Shown: positions 10,305-20,683, numbered from the stretch's first letter. The stretch is 64,000 nucleotides of DNA from Nitrospinota bacterium (GCA_026706735.1 JAPOYD010000139.1:16956-80955), one strand, 5' to 3'. The notes: generated by a model from the letters alone, not told the origin. A program made the numbers and translations.

Positions 10305-10409
10305 TTTTAGGGGTTTAAAACCTTATAAATCAATAGGTTGTAAATCACTAAATTCTAAAACTGTAGTCATTGGTGGCATACATTTTGGCATACAAAATAG
10401 GATACACCA

Positions 10410-10790
10410 ATGACGAAAAATCCTTCGTATCTATGCAAGCGCGGCAGTATCTATTACTTCCAAACACGAATTCCTGTTGGTCTCGATAGTGCATCTGGCT
10501 ATAATCCACGAAAGATAATTCGACGATCAACGCGAACGGGCAACAGAAGGGAAGCATTGCGGATAGCAAAAAAGTGGTGGGTCGAACTGATGGCAAATGG
10601 TGAACAATATGAAGGTCAGGCAGAAACGGAAGCTATGGAACGGCAAATAGACTTTGAAGAAAAAATGTATTTCAAAAGCATGGAAGTTGCCGAAAAGATG
10701 GGCGGGATTAACCGAAACATTTCTTTTGAGTGGAATCGATACAGAAAGACACAATGGAAACCCAAACTCTATTCCGGCTCATCCGTATGA
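10410..10790 (+). pseudogene. tyrosine integrase N-terminal (arm-binding) fragment, truncated
   Basis: N-terminus LCKRGSIYYFQTRIP resembles the P4-type integrase N-terminal signature. Only 126 aa; catalytic domain absent. Confidence 0.4.
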
Positions 10791-11188
10791 CGTATTTGCA
10801 CTGGACGCAATAAACGTTTCACTGCTTCATCCAAACTCATTTCTTCCAACGTAAATTCTTCTTCCTTCCGCTTTGGTAGGTTGATAAGTCGATTTCACAG
10901 TCACATTGGTAATGATGAAGTGATTTCTCTGATGTTGTGGTTAATTAATTCAATTCTGTTCAGGTCATAGGCCAAACTAGCTGGCGAAGTCAGAAGAAAG
11001 TGAGCCACTCTCTATCGACGTGACCACTTGGATGCGCGCCTCGCCTGTGTAACGACACCCGTCACCCGTAACCGCTAATTCAGCAGGTCCAGACTAACGC
11101 CAAATTGGTCAGCCAGGGTTTGGGCGTCTTGAGTTGATCGATACGCAACTTGCAGGCCAGCGCGTGGCACCAGAAGAGTAGCCAAAAA

Positions 11189-11515
11189 TCAATTTGCCTC
11201 CTCTTCTTGTTCTTGTTCAAAAGAACTCAGAAGCAAATGCCCCTCAGAAGAAACATCGATTCTGCTCGGTTCGTGGTCAAGAATGATATGGGCAAGATCG
11301 TGCGCCAAACTATTGCGCTGTCTTGTCAGGACATGGGCGGAATTGAGAATTATCAGATTGGTATCACCTACTCGTAGTGTCACAGCTGACCAACTGTCCC
11401 GATCATGGACGGTGAGTTGCCGCAAACTGTCTGCTGAAAACTCCGGCACGTCCTCGAGCCGGGAGCGGGAACGACGGGCAGCCCCCACTCGCGCTTTATG
11501 AAAACGGGCCGACAC
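11189..11515 (-). pseudogene. ImmA/IrrE-family metallopeptidase-like fragment
   Basis: HEXXH-like segment AHDLAHIILDHE in a 108-aa ORF, with Glu to Asp substitution and truncation. Confidence 0.3.
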
Positions 11516-11827
11516 CCCAACTCAGACTGCACCTCGGGAATCGTGTCGCAGCAGTTCCCACCTTCAGGGGTTTTACAACCTCTTTAGACAGCCTGTTGAT
11601 CTGATGAGGGGTGTCGGCCCCTTCCTCCCCCGAGCGAACATACTCATAATCCACTGCTCCGCAAACCGAATCGCGAGGTACGCATAGCGCGCTGTTGCCT
11701 CGATCCGGGCGCGAGAACGCATCCTTCGCCCGTTTAGTGACAGTGGGTGGTTTCCAACGTCTGTGGGATCTTTATAGATTGCTAAAAGTATTGCGGGTAT
11801 TGGTTTTTAAATCTCGTCTGGGATTAG

Positions 11828-11920
11828 CTTCCTGTGAGAAGTAATCAAAGCGGAAGTGGTGCAATTCAAACTCGTGCGCAACCTGGAGCATTCCTGTCGG
11901 AGCGTCTTCGTATCCGTACG
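11828..11920. repeat. imperfect ~90-bp direct repeat, copy 1 (partner at 14393-14490)
   Basis: cttcctgtgagaagtaatcaaagcggaagtgg...tcctgtcggagcgtcttc aligns at ~70-80% identity with ctttctgtaagaagtaagtaaaacggaagcgg...tctcggtcggagcatcttt. Confidence 0.6.
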
Positions 11921-12081
11921 TTCGTCCTGTGGTGGACGTGGTTCCGCGCGGCGACGTTTGGGGAATGGCGGCATGGCAGTTGATCTGCTCTTCGTGGTGA
12001 CCAGCCCCGCGTCCCGGGAGACGCGCCTTACCCGCCTGGGCGGCCCATGTGTGCTACCCCCTCGCCGAGCTGAGCTGGTCC

Positions 12082-13950
12082 CTAGTCCTCGACCATGTAA
12101 GCCAGGCACCAGGCGCCCAGCCCTAGGTGGGTGGCGAAGATCGGGGCCGTGGGACCGCCGAGGATGTCCACGTCGCCGTAGCGCGCGTGCAGGGCGGCCG
12201 AAACCTCCTCGACGATCTCCGGGCACCCGACGTGCACCACGCCGAAGCGGAGTTTCCTTGCACCGGCCGGGATGCGGTCCTCCAGAAGACCGAGAACCGC
12301 CGGAAGCACCTTTTTGCGGCCGATCACCTTGCCGACCGGAACAACCTTCCCCTCCCCGGTCAGCGACAGGATGGGCTTCACCCCCAGCATGCCCCCGAAC
12401 CAGGCCTGGCCCTTTCCCACCCTCCCCGAGTGCAGCAGGCGGTCGAAGGTGTCCACGGTGGCGAAAATACCGGACTGGCCGCGCACGCGGGAGAGTTCGG
12501 CCAGGATCTCGCCAGCGCTCGCCCCGCTCTCAGCCAGTTCCGCCGCCTTCAGCACGAGCAGCCCCTCGAGAATCGACACGCCGCAGGAGTCGAACAGGTG
12601 CACCGGCGCCTCCTCGAAGGTCCGCGCCGCCGCTTGCGCAGAACCGAAGGTGCCGGACACGCCGCTTCCCAGCACGACGCCCAGGATCTGGTCGCCGTCC
12701 TCGGCGGCCCGCGCGAAGCCGTCCACGAAGGCCTGCGGCGGAGGCTGCGAGGTGGTGGGCAGTTCTCCGCCGGCGTCGCGCATCTTCTCGTGGAATTCCT
12801 CCGCGGTGATGTCGATGCCGTCGCGCAGGGGCCGGCCTCCGTCCACCAGCACGACCGGGACCACGTGGATGCCGTGGGCGCGGATGATGTCTTCGGGGAG
12901 ATCGTTGCCGCTGTCGGTCACGATCGCGAAGGGACGCCGCACCAGGGTCTGATGGCCGCCCCCGCCGTGGCGCGCCGCCGCGTGCTGGGCGCGCATGTCC
13001 TCGGCTTTCTTCGTGGCGAGCCTGCCCAGCGTTCGCAGGTAGGAGAAGACTCCTTCAGGACCGTCCGTGTGCACGTGCACCTTGAGCAGGGCGCCGGTGC
13101 TGACCACGATGATGGAATCGCCATGGCGACGCAGTTCCTCGCGCACGACCGCGGACGCCGGCAGCCCCTCGCCGCGCACCAACGCCTCGGTGCAGTAGCG
13201 GTACTGCTCCTCATTCCCGGGATACTCGACCTCGGCAACGGCCGCCGGGACATGCGCGTAATCCGTCTCGTCTCCGGAGGCGACGATCGGGTCTCCGTTG
13301 ATGAGCAGGAGCACGCCCTCCAGCATGTGCACGAAACCGCGGCCGCCAGCGTCCACCACCCCCGCCGCCTCGAGCACCGGGAGCAGCGAGGGCGTGCGCT
13401 CGAGCGACTCGCGCGCGGCGTCCACCAGCCGGTCGACGCAGGGGAGGAAGTCCGTGGCGGAACTCTCCTTCGCGGCGTTCGCGGTGTCCCGGATGACAGT
13501 CAGAATGGTGCCCTCGACCGGGTTGTCGAGCGCGTTGTAGAGGTTGTCGATGCCCCTGCCCAGCGCCTCGGCGAACCCGCGCGGATCCACGCGCTCGCGT
13601 CCCTTCAGGTGGGCCGCGAAGCCCACCAGGAAGTGCGACAGCATCATCCCGCTGTTGCCGCGAGCACCCAGCAGCGCCGCTTCGGCTGCATCGTCCGCGA
13701 CGGCGGAAACCGCCCGGTCGCGGTTGCGCCGCAGGCGGTCCGCGATGGCCTCCACGGTAAGGCCCAGGTTAGTGCCGGTGTCTCCGTCGGGCACCGGAAA
13801 GACGTTGATGCGGTTCAGTTCCTGCCGCTGCTGGCGGGTATACTCGCAGGCGGCGACCAGAGACCGGCGCAGGCGCGGTCCGTCCAGATAGGCGATGTGA
13901 GCACTCAACGGCGCCTCCCGGTTGGCGCACCGGAGGAAAGCCGGGACCAC
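12082..13950 (-). CDS. DAK2(DhaL)-domain / DegV-family fusion protein (FakA-N-terminal-like + FakB-like fatty-acid-binding module)
   Basis: N-terminal DAK2 signature FPVPDGDTGTNL. C-terminal half begins FAIVTDSGNDLPEDII, typical DegV. 622 aa. Confidence 0.7.
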   Translation of the reverse strand: MVPAFLRCANREAPLSAHIAYLDGPRLRRSLVAACEYTRQQRQELNRINVFPVPDGDTGTNLGLTVEAIADRLRRNRDRAVSAVADDAAEAALLGARGNSGMMLSHFLVGFAAHLKGRERVDPRGFAEALGRGIDNLYNALDNPVEGTILTVIRDTANAAKESSATDFLPCVDRLVDAARESLERTPSLLPVLEAAGVVDAGGRGFVHMLEGVLLLINGDPIVASGDETDYAHVPAAVAEVEYPGNEEQYRYCTEALVRGEGLPASAVVREELRRHGDSIIVVSTGALLKVHVHTDGPEGVFSYLRTLGRLATKKAEDMRAQHAAARHGGGGHQTLVRRPFAIVTDSGNDLPEDIIRAHGIHVVPVVLVDGGRPLRDGIDITAEEFHEKMRDAGGELPTTSQPPPQAFVDGFARAAEDGDQILGVVLGSGVSGTFGSAQAAARTFEEAPVHLFDSCGVSILEGLLVLKAAELAESGASAGEILAELSRVRGQSGIFATVDTFDRLLHSGRVGKGQAWFGGMLGVKPILSLTGEGKVVPVGKVIGRKKVLPAVLGLLEDRIPAGARKLRFGVVHVGCPEIVEEVSAALHARYGDVDILGGPTAPIFATHLGLGAWCLAYMVED

Positions 13951-14392
13951 GGACCCTCAGTAGCGCCCGCGAGCCCGTTCCCTGCCCGGCAGGATCTCCG
14001 GGCTGGTGGTCCACCTCCCGGTGCGAATCGTCGTGACGAACTCCTCACTGATGCCCTCTCTCGCAATTTCGCGAGCCGGCGCCTCGTGATCGTAGCGGAC
14101 CGGAACATGCTCCACTTCCAGCCCGTCCGCGTGCGTGGATAGCGCAGCATACCAGACGCAGGTTCGCCCGTCGATGGCCGGACGCCCCATGGCCCCGGCG
14201 TTCACGTACCCGGCCCCGGTGCCGCGAACCGGCGGCTCCAGTGAATCCCCGTGTGCCTGCCCGGAATCACGTCGCAGTCGGCGTCCGCGGCTAACACCCG
14301 TTTTCTGACAATAGTTAATTTCCGACAGGCAGGGAATTTCGCTATTCTGTTGATATTATTGAGAAATATGTGTGTTCTTGATCTTGATCGGA

Positions 14393-14490
14393 ATTCGCTT
14401 TCTGTAAGAAGTAAGTAAAACGGAAGCGGACGATATACAACTCCTGCGTATCCGGGCAGGTCTCGGTCGGAGCATCTTTCAAAGTCCGGC
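14393..14490. repeat. imperfect ~90-bp direct repeat, copy 2 (partner at 11828-11920), inside an AT-rich stretch
   Basis: See copy 1; same orientation. Confidence 0.6.
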
Positions 14491-14540
14491 CCGAGGCGGC
14501 TTGATTGCGGTCATGCTCCGCTACTTCAGACCCGGCTATC

Positions 14541-15850
14541 TCATGGCTGGCCACCAGAAGTCGGCTTTGAAGCGTCTACGCGGACTGTCACGATGTCTGC
14601 GCCATGATATTGCTGGTGACGAACCGAAGCCGAGAGATGGCGCAGAAGACGGAACGACACCTCTTGTTCGAGGAGGGCTTCTTCAGTCTGCTCGCCGAGC
14701 AGCACGACTTGGTCCTGCAAGTTCCCTCTCTCGTCAGCTGCTGCAATAAACTCCAACACCGCCTCGTCGCCTTCTTTTCGCGCGACCAGAAGCAGGCGCC
14801 TATCGCTCTGCTCCTCAACTTCATCGCGGTTAAGCAACATCAAAAAAACTTCTTCGCCAGCGGCGTTCAGACGATTCGCCATCGCCTCATCCCAACCCTT
14901 GGCGGAAGCGAAATCACCGAGAAACTCCTTGAGCCTCGGCAGGATTGAGAGGTCGAACGCCACCTCGGTCCGGCTGGAGCGGGCTCCGTAATCTTCATGA
15001 ACAGGGTCATGAGTATGGCGACGAGGCCGCCGGTCGTCATTCCGTTGTTCAGAAGGCCACCCGCGAATTTCGAGAAGAACTCGGTGTATATCATTCCGCT
15101 CTGAAAGCCGACACCGACCCAGAACGCGACGCCGACGATCAGGCTTTTGCGATAGTCGATTCCGTCCTGGAGAATGATCTGCACGCCGACCATGAAGAGC
15201 ATCGCCATCAATATGACGAGGAAAGCCGCGAAGACCGGTCCAGGTATCGCCAGGACCACGGCGAGCGCTTTCGGGAGAAACGCCAGTGCCAGGGATACTG
15301 CACCGGCGGCGATTCCAACGCTGCGGGCTGCAACCCCAGTGAGTTGGGCCATCGATGCGCCGTTCGAATAGGCCGTGTTCGGTACCGTGCCCGCGAGACC
15401 GCAGACCAGGTTTCCCAGGCCGTCGGCGGCCACCGCGCCCTGCACAGCCCGGAAATCCACAGCCCGGGGCCGACGCCAGGACACGCGCTGAATGGCAACG
15501 GCGCTGCTGATTGTTCGGATGGCGCCGATCACGGCCGCCAGGAGGAACCCTGGAAGAAGTGCCCAGAAAACCGGCCCGAACCCGAGACCGAAGCCCGGCC
15601 ATTCGACCCCGGGAATACCGATCCACGAAGCCTCCGCGACGCGGGCGATGTCGTAGAGGCCGAAAAAAGCGGCAACGCCGGAGCCTGCGATAACACCAAT
15701 GAGCGGCGCCGATTCGTGCTTGCGTCGCATCCGTTCGTCGGGCGAGCTCACGTGAGCATGCGTGGCGCAAAATAACGTGAATCCATGAGACGCGAGCACA
15801 TCGAGGCAGGGTACAGCGCGTAATGTGGCTCTCGAGATATCCGCAAACAT
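14541..15850 (-). pseudogene. remnant of a 7TMIR-fold permease (NCS2 or SulP-like): C-terminal two-thirds of the membrane domain plus an out-of-frame cytoplasmic tail
   Basis: ORF 14867..15850 carries an NCS2-like block (NTAYSNGASMAQLTGVAARSVG...IPGPVFAAFLVILMA) but lacks the N-terminal helices. Protein-like translation continues in another frame at 14541-14990. Abuts the MFS gene. Confidence 0.35.
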
Positions 15851-15868
15851 CCAGCGGACGATTGACGA

Positions 15869-17131
15869 TCACGATCGAGCGGCGGTATCCCGGCTGCGCT
15901 CTGCGCCTCCACCTGCCTCGGCCCACCTCATGGCGGCGTAGGTCCCTACTCCGAAGATCCCGAAAGCGGCGATCAGGGCGTACATGGTTCCATCGAAACG
16001 ATGGCCCACGAGCGCTCCGAACGGCACCGAGATGAATGTGGAGAGCGTAGCGACCACGCCCGCGCCCACCCCGGCAATGTGGCCGATGGGTTCCATGGCG
16101 AGCGCATTGAGATTTCCGAAGAGCAGTCCGATGCAGACAAAGACGAGGAGCAGGTAGGTCATGAACAGCCACAACGGCGGAAGCCCCTCGAAGGCGAAGG
16201 CCAAGGCCCAGGCGACGGCCGAGACCAGCGTCATGGACACCGTCGCTGTCCTGGAGAGCCGGCGCATCCCGTACTTCATAACGAGCCACCCGTTCACGAG
16301 CGAGGCGCCTCCGAAAGCGAGCGCCAGCACGCCGAAATAGGCCGGGAACAGCGCGCCGGTCCTGTAGGCCTCCTGGAAGATTTGCTGGGAGGAGCTCAGG
16401 TAGGCCACGAACGGCGCGAACACGCACCCGGTGGCCACGGTATATCCAAGCGCGGCCCGAATCCGCAGCGCCTCCAGGACGGCTCCACCGATGGCTCGCG
16501 GGGAGAGGGGCCGACGACGGTCAGTGGGCAGGGTTTCCGGCTGGCGAAGTGAAAACCATGCGAATGTGACTGCGGCGATGATGAAGAAGGTGACGAATAT
16601 CGCGCGCCAGCCACTCAGCCACAGTATCCCCAGTCCGAGGGCAGGAGCGACGGTGGGAACGAGAATGAACACGGCCATCGCAAACGACATGAGACGGGCC
16701 ATTTGGCGTCCTTCGTATTGATCGCGCACCAGGGCGACGGTCACGATGCGCGGTCCCGCGATTCCGACGCCCTGCAGGATGCGACCCGCAATCATCACCT
16801 CGAAAGTATGCGCGAAGATGCTCATGACGCATCCCGACATGAACAAAACGAGGCCGGTATTGATGGAGGGCTTGCGTCCGATCCTGTCTGAGAGGGGGCC
16901 AAAAACGATCTGCCCGAGGCTGAGCCCCAGGAGCACGGCCGTGACGACGAACTGAACGTCGTTTCTGCGCGGCGCCCCGAGGTCGCGGCCTATCGCGGGC
17001 AGCGCCGGCAGTATCGCGTCGATAGAGAGTGCGACGAGCGACATCAGAAGGGCGACGAGGGGAACGAATTCGCCAATACGAAGGGCGGGTCCGATGGACG
17101 GTTTATTCATTTTTCCTCCAAAGTCCTCCAT
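15869..17131 (-). CDS. MFS transporter (DHA1/Bcr-CflA-like drug:H+ antiporter family)
   Basis: 420 aa, about 12 TM helices. MFS motif GPLSDRIGRKP between TM2 and TM3. Confidence 0.85.
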   Translation of the reverse strand: MEDFGGKMNKPSIGPALRIGEFVPLVALLMSLVALSIDAILPALPAIGRDLGAPRRNDVQFVVTAVLLGLSLGQIVFGPLSDRIGRKPSINTGLVLFMSGCVMSIFAHTFEVMIAGRILQGVGIAGPRIVTVALVRDQYEGRQMARLMSFAMAVFILVPTVAPALGLGILWLSGWRAIFVTFFIIAAVTFAWFSLRQPETLPTDRRRPLSPRAIGGAVLEALRIRAALGYTVATGCVFAPFVAYLSSSQQIFQEAYRTGALFPAYFGVLALAFGGASLVNGWLVMKYGMRRLSRTATVSMTLVSAVAWALAFAFEGLPPLWLFMTYLLLVFVCIGLLFGNLNALAMEPIGHIAGVGAGVVATLSTFISVPFGALVGHRFDGTMYALIAAFGIFGVGTYAAMRWAEAGGGAERSRDTAARS

Positions 17132-17512
17132 GCCGATTGAATCCGTGTCGACTCTATCATGGTCCGACCGGCAACAGCTTGCGCGCGGTCACGCACCGGC
17201 GTGTCGCGGTCTGATCCGGATCCAGTGTCTCACCTTTCACCACTTTATGCGCCTCGAAATCTGTTGTGCAGATGACTGCACCGGGGGTTCGAATCCCTCC
17301 CCGCTCGCGTTTGACCCGAAAGACGCGCTCTCGTATCCTGCATTCATTGCAGAAATTCAAATAATGCCTCCCTTGCCCCGCAAAGAGGTCGACGCAAGTA
17401 TGACCTTTCGCCGGGACGCTCTGTCGCGGGAGAGCGTTAGGTCGATAGCTGCACCGCTTTGCTCTGAGAGCGGGCCTCGAGGTCGTGAGCGCCCGGCTGG
17501 AGGGCGAGCACC

Positions 17513-17995
17513 ATGAAGCGGTTCCACTGGGAAACTTGGGTCGGGCTTGCCGTTCTCGCCTTCAGCCTGGCCGGGCTGGCGCTGATACCCAGCCAGGTGC
17601 TGATCCGGAAGGTGGGGGAGCGCACCATCCCGTTCCCGCCCAGCGCCTTCCCCTCGCTCGCCCTCTCCCTGCTGGCGCTCATGGCCGCCCTGATGGCCGC
17701 GCGGAACTGGTTTTCCCCCTCCTCGGGGCGTGAGCCGCTCCCCGGCGGGCCGCTCCGGACCCGCGCCCTGGTGCCGATCGCCACCTTCGCCGTCTACATC
17801 CTGCTCGTCGAGTGGTTCGGGATGCTCCCGGCCACGCCCGTCGCGGTCGCCCTGTTCGCCTTTCAACTCGGGGTGCGGGATTGGCGGACCCTCGCGCTGA
17901 TCGTTTTGCTCACCCCGCTGTTCATCTGGGTCTTCTTCGGACATTTTCTGGGCGTCGTTCTGCCGGAAGGCAGACTTTCGGGCGAGGTCTTCTAG
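17513..17995 (+). CDS. tctB: tripartite tricarboxylate transporter small subunit TctB
   Basis: 160 aa, 4 TM. Stop lies 1 nt before the tctA start. Confidence 0.7.
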   Translation: MKRFHWETWVGLAVLAFSLAGLALIPSQVLIRKVGERTIPFPPSAFPSLALSLLALMAALMAARNWFSPSSGREPLPGGPLRTRALVPIATFAVYILLVEWFGMLPATPVAVALFAFQLGVRDWRTLALIVLLTPLFIWVFFGHFLGVVLPEGRLSGEVF

Positions 17996-17996
17996 G

Positions 17997-19502
17997 ATGT
18001 GGGCCCAGCTGGCGGAAGGCCTATTCCTGTGCCTGCGCTTCGACGTGCTGGCCGTCCTGGTGATCGGAATGCTGCTGGGGATCGTGGTGGGCGGCCTCCC
18101 CGGCCTGACGGCCGCCATGGCGGTGGCGGTTCTGCTGCCGATCTCGTTCTTCGTCGAACCCGTTCTCGGGATTCCATTCCTCCTGGCCATCACCAAGGGA
18201 GCGATATTCGGCGGATCGATACCCGCGATCCTGATCAACACGCCGGGGACGGGCGCGGCCGCCGCCACCGTCCTGGACGGCTACCCCCTCGCCCAGCAGG
18301 GAAAGGCGAGGAAGGCCCTGGAGATGGCGCTCTATTCCTCCGTCATCGGGGACACCTTCAGCGATATCGTCACTATCTTCATCGCGGGCGCCATCGCGGC
18401 GGTCGCCCTCCTGGTGGGCCCCCCGGAATATTTCGCCATCTTCGTCTTCAGCTTCGCCATCATCAGCTGCGTCACGGGCCGCTCGGTGATCCGGGGGCTG
18501 ATGGCTGCCGCCCTCGGGCTGTTTCTGAGTTCGGTCGGTCTCGACCCCCTGATCGGGGTGCGCCGCTTCACCTTCGGCTCGGTGGACCTGACAGGAGGCA
18601 TCTCGTTCATCGCGATGCTGATCGGAATTTTCGCGCTCTCCGAAATCTTCCTCTACGGAGAGAGGACACGTGCGGAGCGCAAGGCCGAGGACGAGATGCG
18701 AATGACCGCGTGGCGCGCCGAGGGCAACGAACCCCTGACCCTAGAGGAGTTCAGGAGCTGCGGCCGGACGATCTCCCGCTCGGCGGTGGTCGGCACGATC
18801 ATCGGCGCGATACCGGGCCTGGGCCAGGTGGTGTCCGCATTCGTCTCCTACGGCCTGGCGCACCGGAGGTCGAAGGAACCCGAGCGGTTCGGGAAGGGAT
18901 CGCTGGAGGGGGTGGCCGCCGCCGAGACCGGCAACAACGCGGTCAACGGTTCGAGCCTCATCCCCCTGCTCAGCTTCGGCATTCCGGGCGACATCGTGAC
19001 CGCGGTGCTCTTCGCCGCCTTCATGGTGCAGGGGCTCCGGCCGGGCCCCCGCCTCTTCGAGGAGCACGGCGCGATCGTCTACAGCGTCCTGATCGCCATG
19101 CTGCTCTGCAACGCCCTCATGCTCGTCCTCGGGCATTTCAGCCTGCGCTACGTGGCCATGATCGCGCGGTTCCCGAAAAGGGCGGTCTTCCCCGTGGTGG
19201 CGGCATTCTGCGTGGTGGGGACATACGCGCTGAACAACAGCTTCTTCGACGTCAAGGTGATGCTGGTATTCGGGGTGGTGGGCTATCTTCTGAGAAAATT
19301 CGATTTCCCGGTCGCGCCCCTGATCATCACCTTCATTCTGGGGAAGGCGTTCGAGTCTTCCCTCGGACAATCGCTCATTCTGGGAGACGGCGACCTCTCC
19401 CTGTTCGTCCGCCGGCCTATATCGCTCGTTTTCCTCTTGCTGGCCGCGGGGTTCGTCGTCTGGGGCGCCCGCCGCCGAACCCCGCTGGGCAGCGATGAAT
19501 GA
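17997..19502 (+). CDS. tctA: tripartite tricarboxylate transporter permease TctA
   Basis: 501 aa. Duplicated TctA blocks (GGLPGLTAAMAVAVLLP ... GAIPGLGQVVSAFVSYG). Confidence 0.9.
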   Translation: MWAQLAEGLFLCLRFDVLAVLVIGMLLGIVVGGLPGLTAAMAVAVLLPISFFVEPVLGIPFLLAITKGAIFGGSIPAILINTPGTGAAAATVLDGYPLAQQGKARKALEMALYSSVIGDTFSDIVTIFIAGAIAAVALLVGPPEYFAIFVFSFAIISCVTGRSVIRGLMAAALGLFLSSVGLDPLIGVRRFTFGSVDLTGGISFIAMLIGIFALSEIFLYGERTRAERKAEDEMRMTAWRAEGNEPLTLEEFRSCGRTISRSAVVGTIIGAIPGLGQVVSAFVSYGLAHRRSKEPERFGKGSLEGVAAAETGNNAVNGSSLIPLLSFGIPGDIVTAVLFAAFMVQGLRPGPRLFEEHGAIVYSVLIAMLLCNALMLVLGHFSLRYVAMIARFPKRAVFPVVAAFCVVGTYALNNSFFDVKVMLVFGVVGYLLRKFDFPVAPLIITFILGKAFESSLGQSLILGDGDLSLFVRRPISLVFLLLAAGFVVWGARRRTPLGSDE

Positions 19503-19571
19503 GGAGGATTTCACTGAATCGGGGCGCGTGATTTCAGAGAAGGCAACGACAACCCACAGGAGGAACGAACC

Positions 19572-20534
19572 ATGAAACGACTCTCGGCAGTATTGCTCAT
19601 CGCGGCCATGGCGCTTTGGCTGGCGCCGACCCACGCAGAAGCCGCGAAGTTCCCGAACAAGCCCGTGCGGCTGGTCATTCCCTATTCGCCGGGCGGCTCG
19701 CACGACGCGCACGCGCGCGCCTTCGCGAGCGTCATGGAACCCTATCTGGGCCAACCGATGCTCGCGGTCATCCGGGCGGGCGGCGGCGGCTCCATCGGAG
19801 CGAGCTTCGTGGCCCGCGCGCGGGCGGACGGGCACACCCTGATCCTGGGCGACCAGCAGAGCATCCTGGTGAAGCCTCTCCTGGAGAGCCTTCCCTATAC
19901 CTCGGCGTCCTTCGTGCCAGTGGGGCGAATCAACTACAGCCCCCTTCTCATCACCGTGAAGAAAGACGCCCCCTGGAAGAACCTGCGCGACCTGATCGAG
20001 GACGCCAAGCGCAGGCCGGGCAAGATCTCCTTCGGCGGCGTCCCCGGCCTGGGGGTGGACCAGATTCCCATGGAGCTTCTCTCGCTCAAGGCCGGCATCA
20101 AGCTGAAGTTCGTTCCGTTCCAGGGCGGCGGCCCCACCTGGAAGGCCTTCCTCGGCGGGCACATCGACATCGCCCCCGCCTTCGCCTCCACGGTGACGCC
20201 CCAGCTCTCGAAGGGCGCAGTCCGCGTTCTGGCCATCACCGCGCCGGACCGGCTGCCCCAGCTTCCCGACCTGCCCACGATGAAGGAGCAGGGCTTCGAC
20301 GTCCAGTTCGCCATGTTCCGGACGGTCTTTGCGTCCAAGAAGACGCCCGCGGACATCCTGGCGAAGCTACGGGCGGCCTTCGACAAGGGGGTGAAGGACA
20401 AATCCTTCCAGTCCATGGTGAAGCGCATGGGCGAGCGGGTGATCTACATGAGCGGAAAGGACTTCGAATCCTTCATGGTTGCAGAAAACGCCAATATGAA
20501 GGCGCTCGTGGACAAGCTCGTGAAGAAGAAATAG
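19572..20534 (+). CDS. tctC: TctC/Bug-family periplasmic substrate-binding protein
   Basis: Signal peptide; PNKPVRLVIPYSPGGSHD Bug-family N-terminal block. 320 aa. Confidence 0.85.
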   Translation: MKRLSAVLLIAAMALWLAPTHAEAAKFPNKPVRLVIPYSPGGSHDAHARAFASVMEPYLGQPMLAVIRAGGGGSIGASFVARARADGHTLILGDQQSILVKPLLESLPYTSASFVPVGRINYSPLLITVKKDAPWKNLRDLIEDAKRRPGKISFGGVPGLGVDQIPMELLSLKAGIKLKFVPFQGGGPTWKAFLGGHIDIAPAFASTVTPQLSKGAVRVLAITAPDRLPQLPDLPTMKEQGFDVQFAMFRTVFASKKTPADILAKLRAAFDKGVKDKSFQSMVKRMGERVIYMSGKDFESFMVAENANMKALVDKLVKKK

Positions 20535-20683
20535 CCGCTTCGCGGCAGTTGCGCGAGGCCGAACAAAGGCCCCCGGCCCTGCCCCGGCAACGGGACGGGT
20601 CGGGGGTGAAGTTCGCCTTAGAAATCCATCTGGAAATGCGTAACGGCGTTTTCCCCTGCTTCGCCCGCCGGATGCGGCGCGCG

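Larger units (their letters stand above)
10305..11800. mobile_element. AT-rich degraded integrative-element remnant immediately 3' of tRNA-Ser(GCT)
   Basis: Abrupt drop in GC directly after the tRNA 3' end. Contains an integrase N-terminal fragment and an ImmA/IrrE-like fragment; no intact genes. Confidence 0.45.

Noticed and set aside
12127-14142. 671-aa ORF on + strand
   Set aside because: Antisense to the well-supported DAK2-DegV gene. Arg/Gly/Ala-rich, low-complexity translation typical of spurious ORFs in GC-rich DNA.
14541-16427. 628-aa minus-strand ORF
   Set aside because: Overlaps the clearly real MFS transporter gene in another frame for most of its length. Only its 3' portion (14541-14990) looks protein-like, and this is treated as part of the permease remnant.
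17357-18268. 303-aa ORF antisense to tctB/tctA
   Set aside because: Low-complexity R/G/P-rich translation opposite a strongly supported TctA gene.
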